From IMG/VR virus record IMGVR_UViG_3300042863_002274: 64,000 nt of DNA, one strand, 5' to 3'. How positions within the stretch are numbered: the first letter of the stretch is position 1; the number at the start of each line of letters is the position of its first letter. The notes under the pieces were generated by a model. The model was given only the letters and a program-made list of their open reading frames with translations. It had not been told where the DNA came from and did no database searches. Origin of the DNA: a virus. Shown here one piece after another: positions 29,790 to 39,433 of this stretch. The position numbers and the translations under genes were made by a program.

Positions 29790-31211
29790 TTAACACGGGT
29801 CGCCCCATGCATTGTAACAAAGACCAGCATCGGTAAGCGTAATGGTATTTGTACCGTTGCAGACCGTAACAGAATAGTAGGCAGTGCCGAAGTCGCAACC
29901 ACTTGAACAGTTCGGGTTAGGGAACGCATAGTAGGTACCGGGAGGACCTACATAGGTGTAGTCAATTCCGCCCTGACTGAAGTCGCCGGTCTTGGCTGCG
30001 CTTGTGTAAGACGCACAACTGGAGCAACTTACGCAACTTCCGCCAGAACATGCAGAATAAGCAGAGGTGCAGGCGGTTGTTCCATTTGAGTCGTAAATAG
30101 TTGACGCATCATTACCACTTCTTGTCCAGGTATAGCAGTCTCTGGTTTTTGTTTGAGTGCTATTTGTACCAGTACTTGAGCCGCAATCACATGCCGCACA
30201 AGAACATGAAACCGAAGGACACGAGGCAGTGTTGTCGGATGCTGCACCCAACGCCCAACCACCATACCCAACCGCGGAGATTTCGCTGTATGGACCAGGA
30301 ATGTTAAGACTGTTAACTGCTGCTACTCTTACTTTTGTTACGGTTGTCGTGTAGCCGGGGTTGAAAGGTTGAGAAGTAGTAAGGCCGTTGGTTGTTGCTA
30401 CTGCAGTTGCAAAAGTGGAACCATCGTTAGTTGTTGTCTGATAGACGTACCCAGTAATCGCACTTCCACCATTTGCGGTGGGCGCGGTCCAAGCCAACGT
30501 ATCCGTAGTGCTAGCAGCCGTACCACGGGTCATGGTTCCTATCGTTGGTGCGGCAGGAACGATGTTCGTAACTACAACTGCAGATGGTGCTGATGTAGTG
30601 CCTAAACCATTTGGTATGTTCCTTGCCGTAACTTTAAACCTATAAGACTCTCCGTTAGTTAATCCAGTTACAGATATTGAGGTATTGGCATTTCCTGTGT
30701 CCGCAGTGAACTCTGTATAACTTGAATAAGGCGATAGAGCGTACTCAACCTTATAACCAGTTATGTCAGTAAAGTTTGGTCCAGTGTTTGCAGCGGCCGG
30801 AGCAGTCCATGTAACAGTTGATGATGTAACTCCATTTGGTGTTCCTTGAACATTGGTCGGCGTACCTGGAACAGTGGAAGGTGTGGCATTAGCAGTTCCC
30901 GAGTATAAACCAGTTCCAACACTATTGACTGCCGCCACTCGGAAGTAATAAGTGGTTCCGTTAGTTAAACCAGTTACGGTTGCCCCTGTTGAGGCATTAA
31001 CACCGTCAGTAAATGTAGTAACGGCAGAAGCGAATGTTGCCGAAGTTGAATACTGAACAACATAATCTTTAATTGGGGAACCACCATTTCTGGCTGGAAC
31101 AGTCCATGTAAGAACAGATTGTGTGCTTACATTTGAAGTTGCACTAAGACCAGTCGGTTCACTTGGGACAGTAACCATGCCCCCAATCATTCCTCCAATT
31201 ACACCAGTCAT
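29790..31211 (-). CDS. Fibronectin type III repeat protein with Cys-rich C-terminus (putative adhesin)
   Basis: Three FN3-like repeats; C-terminus KTGDFS.GGIDYTY..YYAFPNP.C homologous to 27966..29519. Confidence 0.8.
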   Translation of the reverse strand: MTGVIGGMIGGMVTVPSEPTGLSATSNVSTQSVLTWTVPARNGGSPIKDYVVQYSTSATFASAVTTFTDGVNASTGATVTGLTNGTTYYFRVAAVNSVGTGLYSGTANATPSTVPGTPTNVQGTPNGVTSSTVTWTAPAAANTGPNFTDITGYKVEYALSPYSSYTEFTADTGNANTSISVTGLTNGESYRFKVTARNIPNGLGTTSAPSAVVVTNIVPAAPTIGTMTRGTAASTTDTLAWTAPTANGGSAITGYVYQTTTNDGSTFATAVATTNGLTTSQPFNPGYTTTVTKVRVAAVNSLNIPGPYSEISAVGYGGWALGAASDNTASCPSVSCSCAACDCGSSTGTNSTQTKTRDCYTWTRSGNDASTIYDSNGTTACTSAYSACSGGSCVSCSSCASYTSAAKTGDFSQGGIDYTYVGPPGTYYAFPNPNCSSGCDFGTAYYSVTVCNGTNTITLTDAGLCYNAWGDPC

Positions 31212-32242
31212 TATGTAAGTCCGTTACCGCTGATTATCCACGATGTTGCGGTTATCTTTAATAGAGTTGCCATGCCAAATGCCGCAAGAGTTCTTGAGCC
31301 TGTACCACCAGTCATGCTTGTTCCAGGACCTGCAAGTAAACATGTGTCTGTTGTTGTTCCATCCATTGATAAAGTTAATGTTGCGCCAGAACCAGCAACA
31401 AAAACGATTGTTGTCCCAACTGGAAAAGCAACTTGAGGTGTATTACCAGTAGCATTTCCAGGAATGGTTATTGTGCGAGTTGCTGTTGAGTAGATGTGTT
31501 TTCCAGCATCGGCCGCAACTAGACGATAAGCACCTGTCGTGGTGGCGTTTTGTGGTAGCCCCATATAGCCAAAACCGCTAGTGCCAGTTGAGACTGTTCC
31601 AGCGGCAGGGTTTCCAGTAACATTTCCTGCAAGAGTAAGATTGTTATCAAGTTTTCCTGACGTAATTCCTAAGTCTTTAACTCTCAGTGTGTCTGAGTTG
31701 ATTTCAATAGTTGAGCCATCAACGTTGACCGCAAGCGCAGTTCCAGCACCACCAGACAAGCCGCTTCCGGCTACTGCCGAAGCAAGTTTTGCTGATGTTA
31801 TTCCTGCATCTTTAAGTCTCAGTGTGTCTGAGTTGATTTCAATCGTTGAATCATCAACATTGACTGCAAGTGCAGTTCCGGCACCACCTGACAGGCCGCT
31901 TCCGGCTACTCCAGCGTTTAGTTTGGCCGACGTTACTGCACCATCAGGGACAGTGAACTGTCCCGAGTCGACCCACGTTGAACCGTCGTAATATTGAATA
32001 GTTCGAATAGGGTTTCCGACCGTGCTACCTGCAGCTTCCAGTAGGAAGCAAATTCTTCCAGCAGTCAGCAGGGGCTTTCCATCACCGCCCGCCTGGGTTA
32101 TCGGTATTCCGTTTCCGAATGCACTATTTCGTGCTGCTTCGTTGAGAAAAAGAGAAACGGACTGGTCCATTAAATATTGATTTATATCTGCCGCATAAGC
32201 TATTTCGCCAGATAAAAAAAGTTTTACTCCTGCGCCAGCCAT
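31211..32242 (-). CDS. Baseplate-proximal fibre protein
   Basis: Two ~44-aa repeats AGSGLSGGAGTALAVNVD.STIEINSDTLR.KD.GITS.KL; C-terminal AFPVGTTI..MATLLKI..WIISG domain. Confidence 0.7.
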   Translation of the reverse strand: MAGAGVKLFLSGEIAYAADINQYLMDQSVSLFLNEAARNSAFGNGIPITQAGGDGKPLLTAGRICFLLEAAGSTVGNPIRTIQYYDGSTWVDSGQFTVPDGAVTSAKLNAGVAGSGLSGGAGTALAVNVDDSTIEINSDTLRLKDAGITSAKLASAVAGSGLSGGAGTALAVNVDGSTIEINSDTLRVKDLGITSGKLDNNLTLAGNVTGNPAAGTVSTGTSGFGYMGLPQNATTTGAYRLVAADAGKHIYSTATRTITIPGNATGNTPQVAFPVGTTIVFVAGSGATLTLSMDGTTTDTCLLAGPGTSMTGGTGSRTLAAFGMATLLKITATSWIISGNGLT

Positions 32243-32281
32243 TATTTTTCTCCTAAATTGCTCATAGATGAGTGTATCATT

Positions 32282-33493
32282 TTAACCAAACCTGAAATTG
32301 TCTAGTGCACCCAACGTTGGGTCGTCAAACGAAAAGAAAAATTCGTCAAACGTTTGCACAGTTATTGAATAGCCCATTGGTTTTGCCCAGTTAACCGATT
32401 GGGTCACCAGCGAGCTGACTTCTCCTTCTTCGGCGTCCGGCGTCTCGTTGGCAAGGGTTGCAACTCGGATTGCAAAGGGGTCGCCTAGATATCTCGGCAA
32501 TACTGCTACCGACAAAGTGCTAGGGTTTCCGTCTTTTGTCTTTATCAGAACCTGTCGCGCTGCTTCTAGAATGGCATTCCTGCTTCCTGCAGCCGCTCCG
32601 TAATGCGAAGTACTTAATTGCCATTCAAGAAAATCTCTTTTGATTCTGGGATTGTCAAAAAACAGTGTTCCGTCAGTTTTTGAAATATTTTGTTTTATTA
32701 ACGAACCATTAAACTGAGACAGCCACGGTATGTAGTCGGTGCGCACAGAGCGAGTCGAGACAAGCGAACTAGACGCCCAATATTCAGCTACCTGTGAAGG
32801 AGATTGAAGTTGTTGTTGTTCAACCCCGTACATCCTGTCGTGCTCATCTAACGTTTCCCCAGCTGCCGAGGTAAGGATGTCTAAAAGTCTGAAAAAAGGA
32901 AAAGATGGATATAACTGAGAAGAGTCAACTTCAAAGTAAAAATCCGGCAAGAACGTTCTTGCTCGGCCAACAAAACGATTTTTATAAAAACCTAACTCAT
33001 GTATGAGGTGAGGAAGTGTTGCATAAATGTTTGCGCTACCCTGGCCTGAAATCGTAAACTTCATTGTTGCAGTGTGCGCATTTCCGTCGTCAGGAACAGA
33101 AGCCTGATTTGTATGAATTGCTGAATATTTACCACTATTTATGGACTGAACGTTAGGGTCGTATGAAGCAGAAGCAGAATCTATATAAAGAAGAGAAGAG
33201 ATACTAATCGGGGAGTTGGCCTTCATTTTTATATTTGCCGAGATGGCTCGTCCATTGTCTGAAAGAGTAAGAGGAATGTTATTTAAAGTTAAAACAACGT
33301 CGTTCGAAGTACTCGGTGCCAACTGCATAACGTATCTAGTATTGACAACCGCTTCTGAGCTTGTTATAAAAAGAGTTGCGTTTGACGCGGTCCAGTCGTA
33401 AGAAAGAGAAGATATACCTACGTACTCACCCTGCTGTGAGGAGAATACCAATAGTGCGTTGTTGTCTGGTAAAAGATTAAAAGTGCTGGCCAT
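32282..33493 (-). CDS. Baseplate wedge protein (P2 gpI-like position)
   Basis: Follows baseplate J; LPDFY, IPWLSQF.G, KPMG motifs. Confidence 0.6.
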   Translation of the reverse strand: MASTFNLLPDNNALLVFSSQQGEYVGISSLSYDWTASNATLFITSSEAVVNTRYVMQLAPSTSNDVVLTLNNIPLTLSDNGRAISANIKMKANSPISISSLLYIDSASASYDPNVQSINSGKYSAIHTNQASVPDDGNAHTATMKFTISGQGSANIYATLPHLIHELGFYKNRFVGRARTFLPDFYFEVDSSQLYPSFPFFRLLDILTSAAGETLDEHDRMYGVEQQQLQSPSQVAEYWASSSLVSTRSVRTDYIPWLSQFNGSLIKQNISKTDGTLFFDNPRIKRDFLEWQLSTSHYGAAAGSRNAILEAARQVLIKTKDGNPSTLSVAVLPRYLGDPFAIRVATLANETPDAEEGEVSSLVTQSVNWAKPMGYSITVQTFDEFFFSFDDPTLGALDNFRFG

Positions 33494-33495
33494 TG

Positions 33496-34971
33496 CTACG
33501 TTCCAACGTTGATTGACGCATATGTAATATCAATATCATCAAGAGACAAAAGAGGAAGAGCGTTTTTGTATCTAAACAAAAGGTCCGTTCCATACTTTGG
33601 AAGCCACTGAGTGCCAGTCGGGGTCAGGGTTAAGGACTCAACGTAAACAACGCCAGGAATATTGCTAATCAAGGCAATTACTTGAGTTTGTCTTATTCTA
33701 TCTGAACTTAAAGAAAAAGACTGTGGACTTAAATAGTCTACAATAATGTCCTCTATCGTTTCTATGAGGGCTGCTTGCTCGTATTCTTCGTTAAGTTTTA
33801 TCGAGCCAGTAATTTCTAGTGTTGCGAATGCTGGGTCAATAACGTCTAAAACCAATCCACCTATAGACCTTTCCCTTAGAGCGGTAGCTAAGTTTCCTTT
33901 TTCAATATCGCTTAGTTCACTACCGTTTCCGTATGCAACAACGGCTACGTAACCAGTCACATCTTGACCAGCATATGCTGAACCTGTAACTACAGTGCTT
34001 GCCGAGTTTGCTATTTTTGCAAAACTAAAAGTCGTGTCGCTTCTACCAGTAATTGTGTATTCGCCATTAAAAGTTGCACTTACTGATGAGTTAAACACAT
34101 CTAAGTCGACAACATCGCCAACTACGTAAAGATGAGGTGCTTCTGTTTCTATCGTTGCAAGAGTTCCATCTGCAAAAGTTTTAATTACTCCAGCCGGACG
34201 ATATACCGTCAGGTTTTGATTTTTGTCTGCATCGGTGCTGTCATCCCCGTAGGTTAAGTCCAGTGTTTTTGCCCTAGATACAATAGCTGGGTAGTTTGTT
34301 AGTAGGTAGGCGTCAACTTGAGAAGGGGTTACCAGGACTGAACTGAGTGAACGAAGATACGTAGAAGCTTTTGATAGATAGTCTGCATCGGTGTCGTCAT
34401 TTAAACCATTTGCAAAGTTTGCTGTAGTTGCAATCTCGGCTGCAATAATGTTTGTTCCAGAAGATATTATGCTTAATTCTATTCCTGCCACTAATGGAGG
34501 AATAATTCCGGGTTCTAGTGAACGGACCGTTACTACTGCCGACGGATAGGTGGTTACGCCCTCTGCAACTGCAGGAACCGTTGTGGCAGATATTGTCTGA
34601 AATGCGTACTGTTCAGATTCGTCTTCAAACGTAGAATCGTAAACAAATACGGTTCCAGCAGGAATGTTTCCACCTTCGTAAGAACCTATGGTTACCTCAA
34701 CGTCTACTTCTGCGGGAATGGCTTCTTGACGCTGGTAGCCGAGAATTTGAACAATGCCCGCCATGAGCCTGTCTGGTAGTCTGTTGATTGCGTTTATGTT
34801 TAGCGCACTGACGTATGCAGCAGCCTGAAACATCGCGTCTTCAGGAGTTCCCGGACGTAGATTGAAGTCAGGCAAGGAAAGACGAGCAAGCTCTATGGAG
34901 TCTCTATAGATATCTCCAGGTTCCTTGTCAAATATTGATAGGTCTACGTATTCACTAAAATCTGCTGGCAT
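33496..34971 (-). CDS. Baseplate J-like wedge protein
   Basis: IPAGTVF, NGLNDDTDADY, VT..VDAY, ISNIPGVVYVE motifs; synteny. Confidence 0.85.
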   Translation of the reverse strand: MPADFSEYVDLSIFDKEPGDIYRDSIELARLSLPDFNLRPGTPEDAMFQAAAYVSALNINAINRLPDRLMAGIVQILGYQRQEAIPAEVDVEVTIGSYEGGNIPAGTVFVYDSTFEDESEQYAFQTISATTVPAVAEGVTTYPSAVVTVRSLEPGIIPPLVAGIELSIISSGTNIIAAEIATTANFANGLNDDTDADYLSKASTYLRSLSSVLVTPSQVDAYLLTNYPAIVSRAKTLDLTYGDDSTDADKNQNLTVYRPAGVIKTFADGTLATIETEAPHLYVVGDVVDLDVFNSSVSATFNGEYTITGRSDTTFSFAKIANSASTVVTGSAYAGQDVTGYVAVVAYGNGSELSDIEKGNLATALRERSIGGLVLDVIDPAFATLEITGSIKLNEEYEQAALIETIEDIIVDYLSPQSFSLSSDRIRQTQVIALISNIPGVVYVESLTLTPTGTQWLPKYGTDLLFRYKNALPLLSLDDIDITYASINVGT

Positions 34972-34981
34972 GTTCTGTCCT

Positions 34982-35284
34982 TTAATCCGCTATTTCAAAA
35001 GCTACTGAAATTTTGGCCAACCCAGAGGACTGTTCGACGCCTGTTGTATCCATAGCTGTAATCGTAATTTCTGGGACGAACTGAGCAGCGTTAAGAATAA
35101 ACACGTTTTTGTCTATCTCTTGAAAAACAGGGTCAAAAGCTCCGAACCCAGGGGTCATCGGGTGGGTTCCTGGCTCTGTGAGCATGCAAATAGACAGCAA
35201 CTGAGAGTAGTAGTCAGTTGTTCCGTCCTGGTGTTTTTTGATACCAGTACTGTCAAATTTTATTGGAAAAGCGAGAGAATCCAT
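34982..35284 (-). CDS. Baseplate gp25/W-like protein
   Basis: LAFP..F, LTEPGTHPMTPGFG, PEITI motifs; directly upstream of baseplate J. Confidence 0.75.
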   Translation of the reverse strand: MDSLAFPIKFDSTGIKKHQDGTTDYYSQLLSICMLTEPGTHPMTPGFGAFDPVFQEIDKNVFILNAAQFVPEITITAMDTTGVEQSSGLAKISVAFEIAD

Positions 35285-35291
35285 TTTTCAA

Positions 35292-35651
35292 TTATCCCAT
35301 ACCATCATGGCTTTGTTGCGCTTCTACAGGATTAACCCAAGACAATGTTTCTTCATCCCACAAATAGAAATTGTCGTCATCTGGTCTGGGAAATGGTGGC
35401 TCCCAGTCAAATGATTCACTTAGTAACCATGAAGGGAACGGAGAAGGGGATATGAAAACATCACTCACTTCGTCATACGTAAATCCGATGCCCGCAAACT
35501 GTTTACGGAAGTTGTTGTTGTACGAAGTTTGCACCCATGTTCCCCCAAGGTTGTCCATCAACCACTGGTAACCTTCGTCGGGGTCATTGTTGTCACCTAC
35601 GGTTACGCGTAGAACTATATTGTTTTCATCTATTTCTGCCCAGTGTGCCAT
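35292..35651 (-). CDS. Adhesin-associated small protein
   Basis: True start MAHWAEIDENNIVLRV (TAATG overlap); WVQTSYN..FRKQFAGIG.TYD..D.FI.P.PFPSW pattern. Confidence 0.75.
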   Translation of the reverse strand: MAHWAEIDENNIVLRVTVGDNNDPDEGYQWLMDNLGGTWVQTSYNNNFRKQFAGIGFTYDEVSDVFISPSPFPSWLLSESFDWEPPFPRPDDDNFYLWDEETLSWVNPVEAQQSHDGMG

Positions 35652-36760
35652 TATATTGCGTAACTCACAATCACTATTCCGCTTCCTCCAGCGCCGGAAG
35701 CAACTCCGCCTGACGCATTCCTGCATCCACCACCACCACTTGCTGTGTTCGCAGCAGCACTTACCCCGGTTGTATTCCCGGTAGTTCCGTTTCCGCCAAC
35801 GCCACTTCCCCCGGTTCCAGCAATGTTGTCGCCACCGCCTCCTCCTCCACCGCAATAAAAGGTACTCAAAAAAGAAACTCCTGCGCCACCGTTTCCACTA
35901 TTCACGCCAGAAACCGCGTTTCCTCCTGCTCCAATAAACCCACCGCCACCACCAGCAAGATAATAGCCGTTTGTTTGATTTGCACCACTGCCGCCAGCGT
36001 TGCCTTGCGTTGCCGAGCCTCCCGCCGAAAAGTTATTCAAGTTAACACCACTAGACCCACCGCCACCTGAACCACCAGAAGAGCCAGTGGTAGGAGCATT
36101 GGCATTATAATAGCCCCCGCCTCCGCCTCCTGTTGCCGTGTAGGTGCCACCATTTACGGTTGCAACAGTATTTACTCCGTTTGCTCCTTGACCGCCAAAG
36201 TAAGAAGTCTGACGCGCTCCGCCTCCCCCTATTGTCGCAACAAGAGAACCACTAGCGGGAAGGGTTTGGTCAACGGCTGTCAATCCACCGGCACCACCCC
36301 CGCCACCAACGGAGGAGCCCCCAGCCCCTCCCCCTGCATGTACGCGCACATTGACCGAAGTGGCTGAACTACGAACACTCGTTAAGTTCCCGTTTGCTGT
36401 CATGAAATGGTAGCGCCTACCGCCGCTGTCAATAAATGAACTTCCTCCAGTTATGCCAGTGCCGACTGTTATTGAGAAGGCTTGACTTACTGAACCACCA
36501 GCATTCGTTGCAGTTATTGTAAAAGAATAAGAAGAAGGAGAGGTTGGTGTGCCTGTTAACGCACCCGTAGATGAGTTAAGAGAAATGCCTGCCGGCAAAG
36601 ACCCAGACGTTACCGAGTATGTTGGTGGAGGGGTGCCAGACGCAGTTACTGCATCAGAATAAGCAATTGTTAAATTCATTGTTGAACTGATGGTATTGTC
36701 AGTCCAAGCAGGGGCAATTATTACTGCGCCAGAAGAAACAATGCCAATAGTTGACGGCAT
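35651..36760 (-). CDS. Ig-like plus glycine-rich adhesin-like protein
   Basis: SGSLPAGISLN.STG.L.GTPT Ig-like motif; GGGGAGG polyglycine motifs ending GGSGIVIVSY. Confidence 0.75.
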   Translation of the reverse strand: MPSTIGIVSSGAVIIAPAWTDNTISSTMNLTIAYSDAVTASGTPPPTYSVTSGSLPAGISLNSSTGALTGTPTSPSSYSFTITATNAGGSVSQAFSITVGTGITGGSSFIDSGGRRYHFMTANGNLTSVRSSATSVNVRVHAGGGAGGSSVGGGGGAGGLTAVDQTLPASGSLVATIGGGGARQTSYFGGQGANGVNTVATVNGGTYTATGGGGGGYYNANAPTTGSSGGSGGGGSSGVNLNNFSAGGSATQGNAGGSGANQTNGYYLAGGGGGFIGAGGNAVSGVNSGNGGAGVSFLSTFYCGGGGGGGDNIAGTGGSGVGGNGTTGNTTGVSAAANTASGGGGCRNASGGVASGAGGSGIVIVSYAI

Positions 36761-37659
36761 TAACCAAGGTCCCCTACAACGAGATAAACGTTGCTGGCTG
36801 TGCAAATAATAGAAGCGGCTGAGTACTGCGCCCGAAGAGTAAGGGCAGGCGTTCCGTTAACCGTCGCTCCAGAACCTTGAGCAACAGTGAAGGTGGCGCT
36901 ACTTAAACGGGCAAGGTCTACTCGTTGACCGACTGAGAATCCAGTAGAACTGTTTACAGTAAGGGTGCATGCGGCTGTATTGTAAAGTAATTTACCTACG
37001 CTGGATGAAGTTAGGTTTCCAGTCGTAAATAAAACAACTTCTTGTGCCGTTGACCAGTCTCCAGTTGCACCAGTTGCACCAGTTGCACCAGTTGCGCCGA
37101 CGCCAGTGGGTCCAGTAGGTCCTGTTGAACCGGTAGGTCCAGTAGGTCCAGTAGCGCCTATAACGCCACTGACTCCAGAGACACCACTAACACCAGAGAC
37201 GCCCGTAGGTCCAGTTGGTCCACCGGCAGGACCGGATGGCCCACTCGGTCCAACAATACTTAGTGGTTGTGGTCCAATTTCAATCCATGACGAGTCGTAG
37301 TAAATAAAAGTCGTACTCGTACTTGAGTCGAACCATAAATCTCCTGAGGATGGAGTTGAAGGAGCAGTATCGGATATGGCCACCCCTGCTTGCGCCGCTT
37401 CTTTAATGTTTGCCAAGCCTAAAACGATAAGTTCGGTGAAGAACTCGTTAGAAAACGTGCATTTAACCACGTCTCCAACAGCCAGAATCGAGTTACTGTT
37501 TGTGTTAAGAGGGACGACTTTTTCGTAAGAAGACGCCAGTTCTTGGATATATACAGTTACGGCACCGCGCGAATCAACCATTTTTATCAAGCCTGAATAG
37601 ATTCGACCTGGGGCAAGCGGATGGGATGACGATTTTACTCTGTCAATAATTTCTGCCAT
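36760..37659 (-). CDS. Baseplate spike-like N-terminal domain fused to collagen fibre
   Basis: Position between hub and gp25; N-terminal G.I..V..V..VGDVVKC.F..LIVLG OB-fold-like pattern; Gly-X-Y run. Confidence 0.55.
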   Translation of the reverse strand: MAEIIDRVKSSSHPLAPGRIYSGLIKMVDSRGAVTVYIQELASSYEKVVPLNTNSNSILAVGDVVKCTFSNEFFTELIVLGLANIKEAAQAGVAISDTAPSTPSSGDLWFDSSTSTTFIYYDSSWIEIGPQPLSIVGPSGPSGPAGGPTGPTGVSGVSGVSGVSGVIGATGPTGPTGSTGPTGPTGVGATGATGATGATGDWSTAQEVVLFTTGNLTSSSVGKLLYNTAACTLTVNSSTGFSVGQRVDLARLSSATFTVAQGSGATVNGTPALTLRAQYSAASIICTASNVYLVVGDLG

Positions 37660-37701
37660 GGCCGTTACCTTACTATGCCAAGTTTAATTAAAAATCGTGT
37701 A

Positions 37702-39426
37702 TTACCATTCACTATCTACACCCCCTGGAGTATTGACAAAGTTCTTAAAACTAATGCCAGGGAAACGTTCTTCAATCACGCCAGACTGCTGTATAGATAG
37801 AAGCAGGCCATAATCTCGCCCATTAAGTACTGCGTCTTGTCGAGACCCGCCTTCAATGATGGCTAAATATTTAGCTGACCCAGAGTATCCGCCATCGGCT
37901 AAATATTTTGCTACAACTTCGTCATATGTCTTTATTACAGCTACGCCGTCTTCTGTGAATACGGTTGGTAGAACTGCTGCCTTAAAGGAAGAACCCTCTG
38001 CATAAACGTATTCAACGCTAAAAAGAGTGTGATATCCGACCGTTTTTCCGTTGCTTACGGAAAGAACAATAGGCCTATTCCATAGGTCTATGTTCCCGGT
38101 TAGTATTACTGAGTTTCTGTTGTTCGTGCTCTTAGGTATTTTTCCATAAGTAGATGCATACGTGCGGGAAATGTTTGCGTACTCCATGTCTGGATAACGA
38201 AGTGGGTCCTCTTGTGTCGGAAAATTGTTCCCAGTAATTCTTTTATCCTTGGAGGGGTTTACTATTGGCTTTCCTAGCTCGTTACGAGCTGCTTCTTTTG
38301 TTGTTCGTAAAGGAGCATTCCTCGTAAATGTTTGTTGATACGTCTGACCTAAAGGCAAGAGCCTTATTGCTTCTTTTTCTTCGTCACGAGTCAGTGTTCT
38401 GAAACCAACAGCAACAGGGTCTGGCGTCATTTCTTTGAATGATACGGATTCCACCAAGTAGTAACCGGATGAATTGGGAACATAACCAACATAGGCAGTC
38501 ATTCCTGGCCGAATCTGTACGCCGTTAAACCTTTCAACCAAACAGCTTCCATTTCCGGCGTAAGGGTCGTTTGCGGACTTTGTAATCGTAGGTCTTTCGA
38601 TAAGACGAAAGAAACCAGAAGTTCCGTTGTACTGGGGACCACTGTTTGGCCACTGCAGGGGGATGAATCTTCTGGCCAGTTTTTTTATAGACTTTTTCTT
38701 GGTTTTCTTGTCGATTACTTTTCTGTCTATGTATCTTATATTTGTTCCCCATTTGTGAAGCAAAAACGTTTCCGAAGCAAATACTAAAACCCCATCTACT
38801 TCGAATAAAACAAATTTTGCATCTTTTGCCAACCTGTCCAAAACGTCCCAAACGGATTCCGACTGTTTTGACCCTTTTGCTTTAGTAATATTTTTTGCTT
38901 TAGATGATTCTTCGCAGTAGAAATCAAGGCCATATTTTTTTGCAGCATTTTTAACATATTGACTGCCATTGCCTTTGATTGTTGCTGGAGTCTTGTCTCT
39001 TTTCATTTGCTGAACAGCTTTTGAATAGCACTGAACACTATATATGGCACTTCCGCCCGGCCCTTGTGCTGAGGTGACCTGAGCTATCTCGAAGAGCTGT
39101 CTAACTTGTCTTACTTCACCAGTAAACGAGTTGACTCTTCCCAGAGTTTGTGTTTCGTAGATTATATCTCTTCCAAGTATGAAATAGTTATTTCTTGCCA
39201 TCTCTAAATCAACATCTACAACATCAAACGATATTTCAGAAGCTTGACTTATTGAGTAACTAACCGAGAACGCGGTTACTTTGTCAGAAATGTCTGACAC
39301 CAAATTGTCAGGCAGGGAAGATATGAGTAACTTTCTTTCAAAAGGTCCTCGAAAGTTAGACCTGACAGAACTGCCTACAGGTCTTCCGAAACTATCTACG
39401 CTGGATGGTAAAAATAATTTAGCCAT
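37702..39426 (-). CDS. Baseplate hub / tail-associated protein
   Basis: ESVWDVLDRLA..FVLFEVDGVLVF, IRPGMT, G.YLVESVSF typical of hub proteins. Confidence 0.7.
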   Translation of the reverse strand: MAKLFLPSSVDSFGRPVGSSVRSNFRGPFERKLLISSLPDNLVSDISDKVTAFSVSYSISQASEISFDVVDVDLEMARNNYFILGRDIIYETQTLGRVNSFTGEVRQVRQLFEIAQVTSAQGPGGSAIYSVQCYSKAVQQMKRDKTPATIKGNGSQYVKNAAKKYGLDFYCEESSKAKNITKAKGSKQSESVWDVLDRLAKDAKFVLFEVDGVLVFASETFLLHKWGTNIRYIDRKVIDKKTKKKSIKKLARRFIPLQWPNSGPQYNGTSGFFRLIERPTITKSANDPYAGNGSCLVERFNGVQIRPGMTAYVGYVPNSSGYYLVESVSFKEMTPDPVAVGFRTLTRDEEKEAIRLLPLGQTYQQTFTRNAPLRTTKEAARNELGKPIVNPSKDKRITGNNFPTQEDPLRYPDMEYANISRTYASTYGKIPKSTNNRNSVILTGNIDLWNRPIVLSVSNGKTVGYHTLFSVEYVYAEGSSFKAAVLPTVFTEDGVAVIKTYDEVVAKYLADGGYSGSAKYLAIIEGGSRQDAVLNGRDYGLLLSIQQSGVIEERFPGISFKNFVNTPGGVDSEW

Positions 39427-39433
39427 AATCTAA

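Larger units (their letters stand above)
27725..29995 (-). repeat. Imperfect direct duplication (~27725-28170 versus ~29550-29995)
   Basis: Shared blocks ttactctacagga, atgggtatttaagcacggcttcaccgtc, ataaattctcctta, gggttagggaacgcatagta, ctgaagtcgccggtcttg. Confidence 0.85.

Noticed and set aside
27725-29995. Diversity-generating retroelement (duplicated 3' ends; Mtd_N-like domain at 13012)
   Set aside because: No reverse transcriptase in the window; differences between copies are not adenine-specific and both copies are intact coding genes
34425-34432. Extra TAGTTGCA copy
   Set aside because: Antisense inside baseplate J and no TANNNT at the 22-nt spacing; likely chance
10716-37300. Antisense ORFs with PETPLTP / PVAP repeats (10716, 16006, 23223, 24636, 25622, 37106)
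   Set aside because: Shadow frames of collagen-coding repeats; no independent start signals
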